A DNA stretch of 61,116 bases from Rickettsia typhi (lineage in GTDB: Bacteria; Pseudomonadota; Alphaproteobacteria; Rickettsiales; UBA1997). The notes under the pieces are model-generated. The model saw only the letters and a list, made by a program, of their open reading frames with translations, ran no database searches and was not told where the DNA came from. This document shows, in pieces, positions 50,162 through 59,660 of this stretch. Location of the stretch: assembly GCA_945872855.1 (NCBI GenBank), contig CAMCAW010000005.1:1-61116 (forward strand), read 5' to 3'. The position numbers and the translations under genes were made by a program. The stretch's first letter is position 1. Each line of letters opens with the position of its first letter.

Positions 50162-50422
50162 ATGCAAGATCACGAACAAGAAAAATACTTCTCTGAAAAA
50201 TCTCTCGCCAGGAAATGGAATGTTTCCTGTCGCACTCTCCAAAAGTGGCGTTGGCGTGGCACAGGTCCGCCTTACATCAAGATCGGCATAGCTGTCCGAT
50301 ACTCTCCAGAAAACATCAAAAAATTCGAAGAAGAACGCATGCGTCTGCACAAAAGCGGCAACCCATCTTCCTGCGTCAATATTTTATCAACTCCAAATAA
50401 CTTAAATTATGAAACAAATTAA
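50162..50422 (+). CDS. Excisionase/AlpA-like HTH protein
   Basis: SEKSLARKWNVSCRTLQKWR..GTGP.YIKIG..VRY. Confidence 0.88.
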   Translation: MQDHEQEKYFSEKSLARKWNVSCRTLQKWRWRGTGPPYIKIGIAVRYSPENIKKFEEERMRLHKSGNPSSCVNILSTPNNLNYETN

Positions 50423-50900
50423 CGAAATTACATTAGCAGATATTCCTAATCTTCCGATTGGAAAATTATCAACTCTACCTCCTGAGCAACTTTTATCTCT
50501 TCAGGACCAGGCAGAAAAAAACCTTAAAAGAGCCAAGATTCTCAAAGACTGGCTGGATAGCAGCGTCTCGCTAAAATATCGCGAAGTTGCTGCTAATATC
50601 AGACAGTTAGATTCAAAGAACAGCGGCACTATCCATTTTACCGATGGCGACTACAAGATCAGCTCAATTCTACCAAAGAAGATTGAATGGGATCAGGAGA
50701 AGCTAAAAGACGTCGTCACCGCTATTAAGCAGCATGGCGAGAATCCTGACGAATATGTCGAAAGCTCTTACCGCGTCTCTGAGACCAAATACACCGCCTG
50801 GCCAGAGCATATCAAAAACATCTTCAAACCGGCGCGCGTTTTCAAATTAGCAAAAGAAAGTTTTGTGATCACTGCTTCTAAGGAGGTTGATCATGAGTAA
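50409..50900 (+). CDS. Phage hypothetical protein
   Basis: PKKIEWDQ, V.E.KY.AWP; embedded in the operon with overlaps on both sides. Confidence 0.75.
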   Translation: MKQINEITLADIPNLPIGKLSTLPPEQLLSLQDQAEKNLKRAKILKDWLDSSVSLKYREVAANIRQLDSKNSGTIHFTDGDYKISSILPKKIEWDQEKLKDVVTAIKQHGENPDEYVESSYRVSETKYTAWPEHIKNIFKPARVFKLAKESFVITASKEVDHE

Positions 50901-51732
50901 TCTTCCAATCATCAGCGCTGACGAACGCTTAAAAGAAATCAGAGGAATCAAAGGCTGCATCTTCGGCAAATCCGGTATCGGCAAAACTTCTCTGCTTTGG
51001 ACTCTCAATCCAAAAACCACTTTATTTTTTGATCTTGAAGCTGGCGACCTCGCTGTTGAAGGCTGGCAAGGTGATACCATCCGACCAAAAACCTGGTCAG
51101 AATGTTGTGACTTTGCAGTTTTCATCGGCGGACCAAACCGCGCTTTACGCCCCGATCAAAAATTCAGCCAACGGCATTTTGACGAAGTTTGTCAGAAGTT
51201 TGGCGACCCGTCAATCCTCGATAAATACGACACAATCTTCATCGACAGCATAACAGTCGCCGGTCGTTTGTGCTTCGGATATTCTCAGGGACAACCTGAA
51301 AGCTTTAGCGAGAAGACGGGAAAGCCGGATACTCGTGGAGCTTATGGTTTGCATGGTCGTGAGATGATTTCCTGGCTTACTCATCTTCAACATACTAGAG
51401 CCAAGAATATTTGGTTTGTCGGCATTCTTGACGAAAAACTCGATGACTTTAACCGCAAATATTACCAGCCGCAAATCGAAGGCAGCAAAACCGGCTTAGA
51501 GCTGCCAGGCATTGTCGATCAGGTGATCACCATGGCAGAAGTTCAAACAGAAGAAAAAGGCCAAAGCTATCGCGCCTTCATCTGCCAGACCATCAATCAA
51601 TTCAATTATCCGGCTAAGGATCGCTCGCGAAGACTCGAACAAATAGAGGAGCCACACCTCGGTAATCTGATGGAGAAAATCAGGTCTGAAGCCAAGCCAA
51701 TCAACGAACAACTCATTTTTAATAATAACTAA
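50893..51732 (+). CDS. AAA_24/Sak4-like phage ATPase
   Basis: GKSGIGKT Walker A, DLEAG, FIDSIT, AKDRS; aggagg RBS upstream. Confidence 0.8.
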   Translation: MSNLPIISADERLKEIRGIKGCIFGKSGIGKTSLLWTLNPKTTLFFDLEAGDLAVEGWQGDTIRPKTWSECCDFAVFIGGPNRALRPDQKFSQRHFDEVCQKFGDPSILDKYDTIFIDSITVAGRLCFGYSQGQPESFSEKTGKPDTRGAYGLHGREMISWLTHLQHTRAKNIWFVGILDEKLDDFNRKYYQPQIEGSKTGLELPGIVDQVITMAEVQTEEKGQSYRAFICQTINQFNYPAKDRSRRLEQIEEPHLGNLMEKIRSEAKPINEQLIFNNN

Positions 51733-51750
51733 AAACAACAAGGAGATTTT

Positions 51751-52341
51751 ATGTCTATGGATTTTAACAACAGCGAAAACCAATCAAATTTTGACCTCAT
51801 TCCAAATAACACTCTGGCCAAAGTCAGAATGTCAATCAAGCCAGGCGGCTATGATGATCCAAACCAAGGTTGGGTTGGCGGTTACGCAACAAGAAATGAA
51901 AATACCGGCTCAATTTATCTATCCTGCGAATTTGTGATTTTGGAGGGCGAATATACCAAACGAAAAGTCTGGGGTATCATCGGTCTTTACAGCAACAAAG
52001 GACCGGAATGGGGAAATATGGGTCGTTCCTTTATCAAAGCGATTCTGAATTCTGCCCGCGGATTTTCTGAAAGTGATAATTCACCAGTCGCGCAAAGTGC
52101 CAGAAAAATCAACGGACTTGGTGATTTAGATGGCATTGAATTCGTGGCAAAAATCACCACCAAAAAAGATCAAAACGACGAACTCAGAAATGAAATCCGT
52201 TTTGCCATAACTCCTGATCACAAGGATTACAAGAGTATAATGGGATCAATCCCACAAGTAGCGGCAAGGACTCAGCAAAATTTCACGCAACAACAAACAA
52301 GTCCCGCTCCTGCTAGTAACCGTCCTGCTTGGGCTAGGTAG
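51751..52341 (+). CDS. Phage ssDNA-binding-like protein
   Basis: Follows the Sak4-like ATPase; EF....GEY.KRK, NEI, Q/P-rich tail ending PAWAR. Confidence 0.6.
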   Translation: MSMDFNNSENQSNFDLIPNNTLAKVRMSIKPGGYDDPNQGWVGGYATRNENTGSIYLSCEFVILEGEYTKRKVWGIIGLYSNKGPEWGNMGRSFIKAILNSARGFSESDNSPVAQSARKINGLGDLDGIEFVAKITTKKDQNDELRNEIRFAITPDHKDYKSIMGSIPQVAARTQQNFTQQQTSPAPASNRPAWAR

Positions 52342-52344
52342 ATC

Positions 52345-54039
52345 ATGATCCTTCGTCCCCGCCAACAAGAATTTGTCGCAAGAAGCGTTGCCGCGCTCAA
52401 CCAACACGGCAACACTCTTGGAATTGCACCAACCGGAGCTGGAAAGACTCTCATGCTTTCTGCTGTGGTTGGTGAGTTTCTAAAAGCCGATCGCAAAGCT
52501 TTAATCCTTGCTCATCGCGATGAATTAACCTCACAAAACCAAGACAAATTCCTTCGCATCAATCCGAGTCTTAGCACTTCGATTTTTGATGCTAAGAGTA
52601 AGTCTTTCGCTGGTCAGGTAACTTTCGCGATGGTGCAGACCTTGTCGCGCAAAGGTAATTTGGAGCGGATTCCAAGCGTTGATTTTTTAGTAATTGATGA
52701 GGCACATCACTCTCCATCGGAAAGCTATCGCAGCATTATCGGTGAGGTAAAAAGGAAGAATCCCAAGACGCTGATCTATGGCGTAACCGCCACTCCCAAC
52801 CGCGGCGATAAGAAGGATTTAGGTGCAATTTTTTCTAACGTCGCTGATCAGATTCGAATTTCTGAGTTGATTGCTTCCGGTCATTTGGTGCGTCCACGCA
52901 CTTTCATCATCGACGTTGGCACGCAGAAGGATTTGAAGAATGTCAAAAAAACTGCCGGTGATTTCGACATGAAGGCGGTTGAGGAGATCATGAATAAATC
53001 TCCGATCACTGAGGAGGTTTTTGCGAAATGGTATGAGCTCGCTTCGAACAGAAAAACTGTAATTTTTTGTTCAACTCTAGCTCATGCCAGATCAGTCGCA
53101 GAGGTCTTCAATGCTCATGATGTTAAGACGGTTTTGATTCATGGCGAGCTAAGTGAAGCGGAAAGAAAGGAAGCTCTCTTCGTTTATGAACAAGGCGACG
53201 CACGAGTAATCGTCAATGTCGCAGTTCTAACCGAAGGATGGGATTATCAGCCAACTTCCTGCGTTGTTCTTCTTCGTCCAAGCTCCTTCAAATCAACGAT
53301 GGTGCAGATGATTGGACGCGGGCTTCGTGTTGTTGATCCAACACTTCATCCAAACGTCATCAAGGAAGATTGTATCGTTTTAGACTTTGGTACTTCCAGC
53401 CTGACGCATGGCTGTTTGGAAGTGGATGCGCAGTTGGAAAAATCCCAAAAATCTAAAAAAGAAAAACAGTCAGCGCCGCAAAAATCCTGTCCAAGTTGTG
53501 ATGCTTTTGTGCCTGCCGGATGCAACTCCTGTCCGCTTTGTGATTATGATTTTAGCAGTAAAGAAAGCGAATCGGCAAAAGAGGAATTGTCTGGTTTTGC
53601 GATGTCGGAAATCGATCTGCTTACAGCTCGATCCAACTTCCAGTGGTGTGATGTTTTTGGTGACGGAGCAGCCTTCATGGCTTGTGGCTTCAACGCCTTT
53701 AGCGGCGTGTTTTTGCTTAATGATCACTGGTATGGAATTGGTGGCAGCGACTCTGGAATCAAACTTCTCATCCAAGGCACTAAAGAAACATGCCTTGCCA
53801 AAGCTGATGATTTTTTAAACGACAACGAGACCTACGAAAACGCTCACAAAACCAATCGCTGGTTAAACGAAACTGCTTCTGTCCGGCAGTTGCAATGCCT
53901 TCCTATCGAATACAGAAACGACTTCAGCATCACCAAATACAAGGCAGCCAATCTGCTTAAATTCTACTTCAACAAGTCCTCCATTCAAAGACTGCTCTTT
54001 GATGCCGACGCTAAAAGGCAAGCGGGAGGTACTTCATGA
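52345..54039 (+). CDS. SF2 DEAD/DEAH-box helicase with C-terminal zinc finger
   Basis: APTGAGKT, DEAH, TAT, QMIGRGLR, CPSC..CPLC. Confidence 0.93.
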   Translation: MILRPRQQEFVARSVAALNQHGNTLGIAPTGAGKTLMLSAVVGEFLKADRKALILAHRDELTSQNQDKFLRINPSLSTSIFDAKSKSFAGQVTFAMVQTLSRKGNLERIPSVDFLVIDEAHHSPSESYRSIIGEVKRKNPKTLIYGVTATPNRGDKKDLGAIFSNVADQIRISELIASGHLVRPRTFIIDVGTQKDLKNVKKTAGDFDMKAVEEIMNKSPITEEVFAKWYELASNRKTVIFCSTLAHARSVAEVFNAHDVKTVLIHGELSEAERKEALFVYEQGDARVIVNVAVLTEGWDYQPTSCVVLLRPSSFKSTMVQMIGRGLRVVDPTLHPNVIKEDCIVLDFGTSSLTHGCLEVDAQLEKSQKSKKEKQSAPQKSCPSCDAFVPAGCNSCPLCDYDFSSKESESAKEELSGFAMSEIDLLTARSNFQWCDVFGDGAAFMACGFNAFSGVFLLNDHWYGIGGSDSGIKLLIQGTKETCLAKADDFLNDNETYENAHKTNRWLNETASVRQLQCLPIEYRNDFSITKYKAANLLKFYFNKSSIQRLLFDADAKRQAGGTS

Positions 54040-54404
54040 AGATTTGCTCAATATGTAAAAGAGAAGCTCGTGGCTTTGGTTTTATTCCGCCGCCGCTGCG
54101 CGCGTCTGATCCAAGAAATCGCAAGATGATGAAGCGTTTCTGCTCACGTCGCTGCCAAGAAATTTTTAGCAAAATTCACAAAGAAAATAACATGATCGAC
54201 CTAACCAAAAATGAAAAAGAAGCCATTGAATCTGCATTAAAACCAGTTGGTGAATATGTAGCAGAAATCGGCATGGATCGCCCACTCTCAAGTTATTCAA
54301 GAGAAGAAGTTTTGTGCTTAATTGAAGTGGCCGTTACCGCTTATTTTGACTTTATGCAAGGCAAAGAAACCGAAACAGAAATGTTGGAGGTGCTGCCATG
54401 CTAG
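54036..54404 (+). CDS. DUF6511-like zinc-binding phage protein
   Basis: CSIC.REARGFG...FCSRRCQ. Confidence 0.6.
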   Translation: MKICSICKREARGFGFIPPPLRASDPRNRKMMKRFCSRRCQEIFSKIHKENNMIDLTKNEKEAIESALKPVGEYVAEIGMDRPLSSYSREEVLCLIEVAVTAYFDFMQGKETETEMLEVLPC

Positions 54405-55156
54405 ATTTCAACCACCGACCAAAAATTTCAGAAAAAATAAATCTTTTGATCGACAAAGCGCTGACAACAGAACATTCAAAACAAACTCCTCGTAATTATC
54501 TAGGCGCATCAAGGCTTGGCGTCTCATGCAATCGCGCAATTCAGTTCGAATATACCGACACGCCAAAGGACGAAGATCAAAATTTTAGCGGAAGAATTTT
54601 AAAGATTTTTCAAGCAGGACATGTCTTCGAAGAACTGATGATTAAGTGGCTAAAACAGGCTGGGTTTGATCTCGTTACTCACAAACAAAACGGTGATCAA
54701 TTCGGATTTGCTGTAGCTGGTGGCAAGGTTAAGGGTCACATCGATGGAGTAATAATCTCCGCACCAACGGAACTCAATCTAACATTTCCAATGCTCTGGG
54801 AATGCAAATCGCTCAACGATAAATCTTGGAAAGACGTTGTTAAAAAAGGACTAGCGGTTTCCAAGCCAGTCTACGCCGCTCAAATCGCCATCTATCAGGC
54901 TTATATGGAAAGCCAGATTGCGGGCATTTCCAAAAATCCTGCACTCTTCACCACTATCAACAAAGACAGTGCTGAAGTTCATTTTGAGTTGATCGATTTC
55001 GATCAAACACTCGCTCAGAAAGTTAGTGACAAAGCAGTGATGATTCTGCGCGCCACTGAAGCTGAAGAACTTCTACCAAGAATTGCCACCGACCCAACTT
55101 ACTTCGAGTGTAAATTCTGCCCGTGGCAAAAACGCTGTTGGGAGGTGTTGATATGA
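54398..55156 (+). CDS. PD-(D/E)XK (Cas4/RecB-like) exonuclease
   Basis: C.RA, GH..E, GHIDG, WECKS, Q..IY, CKFC....RC. Confidence 0.85.
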   Translation: MLDFNHRPKISEKINLLIDKALTTEHSKQTPRNYLGASRLGVSCNRAIQFEYTDTPKDEDQNFSGRILKIFQAGHVFEELMIKWLKQAGFDLVTHKQNGDQFGFAVAGGKVKGHIDGVIISAPTELNLTFPMLWECKSLNDKSWKDVVKKGLAVSKPVYAAQIAIYQAYMESQIAGISKNPALFTTINKDSAEVHFELIDFDQTLAQKVSDKAVMILRATEAEELLPRIATDPTYFECKFCPWQKRCWEVLI

Positions 55157-57315
55157 ATTCCGGCACAAGTGCAAATATTATCGATTTTCTGGATTTCAAA
55201 AATGCCAAAAACCAATCCGAATATCAAGCCACTTTTGACTGGCTTGATCTAAGTGGAATAAAAGAGCAGCTTCTTAACAGAATTGAAAACGTCCTTACCT
55301 ATCTTTTTCCAGAAGGCTATGTCAGGAGCGGTAAGTTCTATGTAGGCAGCATCAAGGGAGAAAAAGGCAAAAGCCTAACCATCGATCTTGATGGCGAAAG
55401 CAAAGGTAAATGGTACGACTTTGCTACCAAACAAGGTGGTGATATCATCACTCTCTGGCAGGAAGTTAGAGGTTACAGAAGGCAGGAATTTGGAGAGCTG
55501 TTATTCGAGATTAACGAATGGCTTGGTTACCAGGCAATTACCAAACAAGACTGGGAAGCAGAGTCTCACAGGAAAGCTAACAAAGAAGTCTATTTTGATG
55601 ATCTTGGCAAGCCAACCGCCAAATGGGATTACCTTGATCGTGACAACAAACTCATCGCCTGCATCTATCGCTACGACACCGAGTCTGGCAAAGAATTCCG
55701 TGTCTGGGATGTAAAAAACCGCAGAGCTAAATCCCCAGAAATAAGACCGCTTTACAACATCCCAGGAATTATTTCCGCCAAAAAAATCATCATAGTCGAA
55801 GGAGAAAAGTCCGCTGATGCCTTGATTGCTAAAGGCTTCGCTGCAACAACTGCAATGTTCGGCGCCAGTGCGCCAATTGAAAAAACTGACTGGTCACCTC
55901 TCACCTACAAAGAGGTAATCATCTGGCCAGACAATGATGCTGCAGGCTTGGAATATGGTCAAAAACTTCTGCATCATCTCTCAAAAATTTCTTATCGGGT
56001 TTTTCTTCTAACTCCCCCAGGCAACAAACCAGCTAAGTGGGATGCCTTTGATGCCGTTTTAGAAAACTTCAACATCAGAAGCTTTCTTGAAAGCGCTCAA
56101 AGCTCAGTACCCAACATCCAAAGATGTTCAATCGGCGATTTCAGAAAAGATAAAAGCCCAATGCCGGAAGACTTGATCATGCCAAGGCTTTTAACGCCTG
56201 GTGGAATGCTGTTAATTGGCGGCGCACCCAAAGTTGGGAAGAGTGATTTTTTGATAAATTTTTTAACGCATTTAGCTGCCGGCGAAAGCTTCTTGGGCTT
56301 AAGACCACCGCGACCACTCAAGATTTTTTATCTTCAGGCAGAGATCGGCTACCACTACATGCGTGAGCGTATTAACAAACTCACCATTTCCGACGAAACT
56401 TTCTTCAGAGCTTCAGAAAATCTTATCGTTAGTTCACGCATTCAGATGATTCTTGATGAGCGCGGGATTGATGCACTCTATCGTGTTATCAAACACGACT
56501 TCCCCGATACCCCAGACATCATCTGCATCGACCCGATCAGAAACGTTTTTGATGGCGGTGAAAATGGCTCTGAAAATGACAACAGCTCTATGCTGTTTTT
56601 CTTACAAAACCGTGTTGAGAAGCTGCGCTCAATGCTCAACCCAGAGATGGGAATCATCCTCTGTCACCACACCAAGAAGATCAAAAAGAAGGATGTTGAA
56701 GATGATCCATTCCAAGCCTTTAGCGGCGCTGGAAGCCTCAGAAGTTTTTACAGCAGTGGTCTGATTCTACATCGACCAAGCGAGCATGAAGCAAAGATTC
56801 ACCTGTATTTTGAGCTGAGAAACGGCTCATCAATTTCCAAAAAAATCGTTGAAAAAGTTAACGATCGTTGGGTCGAGCTCAATCCGTTTTCTGAACGTCT
56901 TATCCAGCAGGATTATGGTCAGAAGCTGGATGCAGAAAGGGTTCGTAAATCTGATGTTATTTTGCAGCTCATTACTGACGAAGCTTTCAAGGGCAAAGTT
57001 TATACCGTAAATCAATTTGCTGAGAGGTTTGAGAACCAGGCTGGTCTTGGATGTAAAGATACCATCAACCAAAGAATCGCAGTTTTATCCACCAAAGGTT
57101 ACATAAAATTCAGTCGCAATTGGTCAGAATTTTCACTTGAGAGAGTTAGGTCGAAATACGGCATAATGTGCGTTGAAGGTATGCTGTTCAAGAATATGGG
57201 CGGCATAGCTAATGCAACATTTCCAACCCATTACAAGTGTCCAAAAATCGGTGCCATTCTTCCGGTCGAAAATCCATCAGTTTGGGTTTTGCATGATGAT
57301 GAGGTGCAGCCATGA
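55153..57315 (+). CDS. Toprim primase fused to an AAA_25 RepA-type helicase
   Basis: VEGEKSAD, WPDND, GGAPKVGKS, IDP, HHTKK; ggagg RBS and ATGA overlap. Confidence 0.88.
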   Translation: MNSGTSANIIDFLDFKNAKNQSEYQATFDWLDLSGIKEQLLNRIENVLTYLFPEGYVRSGKFYVGSIKGEKGKSLTIDLDGESKGKWYDFATKQGGDIITLWQEVRGYRRQEFGELLFEINEWLGYQAITKQDWEAESHRKANKEVYFDDLGKPTAKWDYLDRDNKLIACIYRYDTESGKEFRVWDVKNRRAKSPEIRPLYNIPGIISAKKIIIVEGEKSADALIAKGFAATTAMFGASAPIEKTDWSPLTYKEVIIWPDNDAAGLEYGQKLLHHLSKISYRVFLLTPPGNKPAKWDAFDAVLENFNIRSFLESAQSSVPNIQRCSIGDFRKDKSPMPEDLIMPRLLTPGGMLLIGGAPKVGKSDFLINFLTHLAAGESFLGLRPPRPLKIFYLQAEIGYHYMRERINKLTISDETFFRASENLIVSSRIQMILDERGIDALYRVIKHDFPDTPDIICIDPIRNVFDGGENGSENDNSSMLFFLQNRVEKLRSMLNPEMGIILCHHTKKIKKKDVEDDPFQAFSGAGSLRSFYSSGLILHRPSEHEAKIHLYFELRNGSSISKKIVEKVNDRWVELNPFSERLIQQDYGQKLDAERVRKSDVILQLITDEAFKGKVYTVNQFAERFENQAGLGCKDTINQRIAVLSTKGYIKFSRNWSEFSLERVRSKYGIMCVEGMLFKNMGGIANATFPTHYKCPKIGAILPVENPSVWVLHDDEVQP

Positions 57316-57330
57316 AAAACCCTTCAAACT

Positions 57331-57639
57331 TCAAGATTGATCAAGATTGGTTTCGCCGCAATTGTTCAGCGTGCTATCAATTACTCCCAAATACTCCTCA
57401 TCAAGATTGCTCAAGATTGAGCAAGATTAGGAATGGCGCTACTACCAATTGCTCTTTGTTGCTCCACATCACCGCACAGCAAGATTACGAAACGGCTAAA
57501 ATTGACCATCAAAAATTTCAAGTTTCGGACACTACAAACTTGCTGCTGTCAAGGCTTCACATCTTTTTTTCAAGTTTAGGACCTGCACCCCCTCCATATA
57601 CTATGGAGAGTGTAACCACTCTCCAAGTAGTTATGGAGG
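57331..57639. repeat. Putative replication origin: CAAGATT iterons plus a 49-nt hairpin
   Basis: CAAGATT at 57332, 57342, 57402, 57412, 57422 and 57480; CAAGTTT at 57519 and 57571; hairpin at 57591-57639. Confidence 0.65.
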
Positions 57640-57686
57640 TAACAAATTTTGCCTCCTCGAATTTTTAAAAAACAAAACGAGGAAAC

Positions 57687-58163
57687 ATGAAAAACAAAAA
57701 AATTCTTGCCCTTGATCTCGGAACAAAAACCGGATGGGCAATCAAACTAGAAAATAACCAAATCAACAGCGGAACTATCGAGTTCAAACCAAGCAGATTC
57801 GAAGGTGGCGGCATGCGCTATCTTCGTTTCAAGAAATGGCTAGAAGAAATCAATCAGCTCACAAACAGCATTGATTGCGTTTATTTTGAAGAAGTCAGAA
57901 GGCATATCGGAGTTGATGCAGCTCATGCTTACGGGGGCTTCTTAGCTTATCTGACAAGCTGGTGTGAAGAAGAAAAAATCCCTTACCTCGGCATCCCTGT
58001 TGGCACGATCAAAAAACATATCACGGGTAAAGGCAATGCTGGCAAGGATCAAATCATTGCCGCAATCAAAAGACTTGGCTTCAACCCGAGTGATGACAAC
58101 GAAGCAGATGCCTTGGCACTACTGGATTTGGTAATCAAGAAAATTGACGGAGGTTTGTTATGA
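57687..58163 (+). CDS. RuvC-like Holliday junction resolvase
   Basis: ILALDLGTKTGWA, FEEVRRH, IKKH.TGKGNA.K, DDNEADALA. Confidence 0.85.
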   Translation: MKNKKILALDLGTKTGWAIKLENNQINSGTIEFKPSRFEGGGMRYLRFKKWLEEINQLTNSIDCVYFEEVRRHIGVDAAHAYGGFLAYLTSWCEEEKIPYLGIPVGTIKKHITGKGNAGKDQIIAAIKRLGFNPSDDNEADALALLDLVIKKIDGGLL

Positions 58164-58372
58164 ATGACAAGAACCCTCTGAAATCAAACCTCGGACGCAT
58201 GCAGCCAAGACAAATTGATGCCGAAAAAATCAAACGCGAAGGCTGGAATAATGACGGAATTTTGGTCGTAAAAATTGACGATGAAAGGTTGAGCTGGCCT
58301 GAGAAAGAGCTGATCAAGCAGATCGGCGATAAAATCTACAAAAATAAAAAAGGAGAAAAATATGCAAAATAA
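58160..58372 (+). CDS. Phage hypothetical protein
   Basis: Coupled ORF, KREGW...GILVV...D.RL. Confidence 0.65.
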   Translation: MNDKNPLKSNLGRMQPRQIDAEKIKREGWNNDGILVVKIDDERLSWPEKELIKQIGDKIYKNKKGEKYAK

Positions 58373-58745
58373 AGAAAAAATCTGGACCGAAGAAATGGTG
58401 ATTTTGGCTTTTGAAGAAGCCATTAGAACACTGAAAAAATTACCAACAGCAAAACTACGCGATTACTTCACGAGTTGGCCACAAGTCGTCTACAGTGAAA
58501 TTGAAATCCTGCGCATGGATCAAAGACCAAAAAAATGGCCAGCTACACCAGAAGCAATTTCACGCATGGAAAAAGCCTGTGGCTGGATTTTACTTTTGAA
58601 GGAAGTTGAGGAAAGAAAAATCATCTGGCTTCGCGCCAAAAGAACGCCGTGGAAGATGATCTGCGGCGAGCTTGGCTTTTCCAGAGCAACGGCAAATCGA
58701 AAATGGAAAAGCGCTATACGCCAGGTTACTCTCCTTTTGGACTGA
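58362..58745 (+). CDS. DUF6362-like protein with a sigma-70 region-4-like HTH (late regulator candidate)
   Basis: FEEA..TL..LP, WP, ERKIIWLRA...W..IC..LG.SR.TA.R.W. Confidence 0.65.
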   Translation: MQNKEKIWTEEMVILAFEEAIRTLKKLPTAKLRDYFTSWPQVVYSEIEILRMDQRPKKWPATPEAISRMEKACGWILLLKEVEERKIIWLRAKRTPWKMICGELGFSRATANRKWKSAIRQVTLLLD

Positions 58746-58888
58746 TCCAGTTTGTTTACTATGAGACAAAAAAGCGTTAGACATTTGAGACAAAATCGGG
58801 GTTAATGCTTTGCAAGAGTCGAAAAGTGTGTCGATGAAAAGATGATGACAATTTTACCGATGACGGGCTTTTAGTAAACAGAGCAAAC

Positions 58889-59479
58889 ATGGCAATCATA
58901 AGCCTCCAGATCAAAAGTAACGCAAGCGATGCGCTCGCTAACATAGCAAAAAAACAAATCCCTTTTGCAGTCGCAAAAACACTGACACAGATAGCTGGAC
59001 AAAGTCAGCAAGAAGTTAGAAAGAGCATCAAAGAAAAATTCTTTATCAGAAAGAAATCAGGCGGTTTTGAAAGTAGCATTCGTATCAAGCCAGCAACAAA
59101 AACAAATTTAACCGCTGAAGTTTACACGATGGCAGCCTTTGCAGCATTACAACAAACAGGCGGCGTTAAACAAGCAAAAGATGGACGGCTTGCAATCCCC
59201 TCTTATCAGGCAATTAGTCAAGTAAAGAAGAGAAGCGATTCAAACAGTCCATCGTCTTACCTCGCAGGTGATGCGTTCAAAATTAAAACAAAATCAGGTG
59301 CAGAGGCTATCGCGCAACGCAAAGGTAGGGAATTTAAAATCCTCTTCTTCTTGCGTAAGAGCGCTAACATCGACAAGAGACTCGATATGATTGAGATAAC
59401 AACAAACACTGTTAAAGATCGCTTTGACGCGCAGCTAAAGGGCAATGTAAGCGAGGTATTAAATCAAAAGGTACTGTGA
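58889..59479 (+). CDS. Basic phage protein, gpZ/minor-tail-like
   Basis: KQIPFAVAKTLT..A; very basic; positioned just before the packaging region. Confidence 0.55.
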   Translation: MAIISLQIKSNASDALANIAKKQIPFAVAKTLTQIAGQSQQEVRKSIKEKFFIRKKSGGFESSIRIKPATKTNLTAEVYTMAAFAALQQTGGVKQAKDGRLAIPSYQAISQVKKRSDSNSPSSYLAGDAFKIKTKSGAEAIAQRKGREFKILFFLRKSANIDKRLDMIEITTNTVKDRFDAQLKGNVSEVLNQKVL

Positions 59480-59627
59480 CGCGATTTTTTTCGCGGGTAA
59501 CGCGCGACCCCAGGCCTTTTCTACAGTCAGAATTTTTAAAAGGGTTCGCACTGGTTCGCATTTTCTAAACAAGATCAACAAATAACAGTATTCACAAGGT
59601 GCGTACCTGAAGTAATTTAGGTACGCA
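59469..59627 (+). promoter_or_regulatory. Putative cos-like packaging site with GGTWCGCA repeats
   Basis: AGGTACT...CGCGGGTAACGCGCGACCCC, then GGTTCGCA at 59543 and 59553, inverted TGCGTACC at 59600, GGTACGCA at 59620. Confidence 0.5.
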
Positions 59628-59660
59628 TTTTTTTTGCGCTTTTTTTAAAGAAAAACTTAC

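Noticed and set aside
54398-55156. Cas4-like nuclease as a CRISPR component
   Set aside because: It sits in a phage replication operon with no cas1/cas2 or array.
57312-57668. 118 aa ORF after the primase-helicase
   Set aside because: Its sequence is dictated by CAAGATT repeats and a hairpin, so it is better explained as an origin; translation is not excluded.
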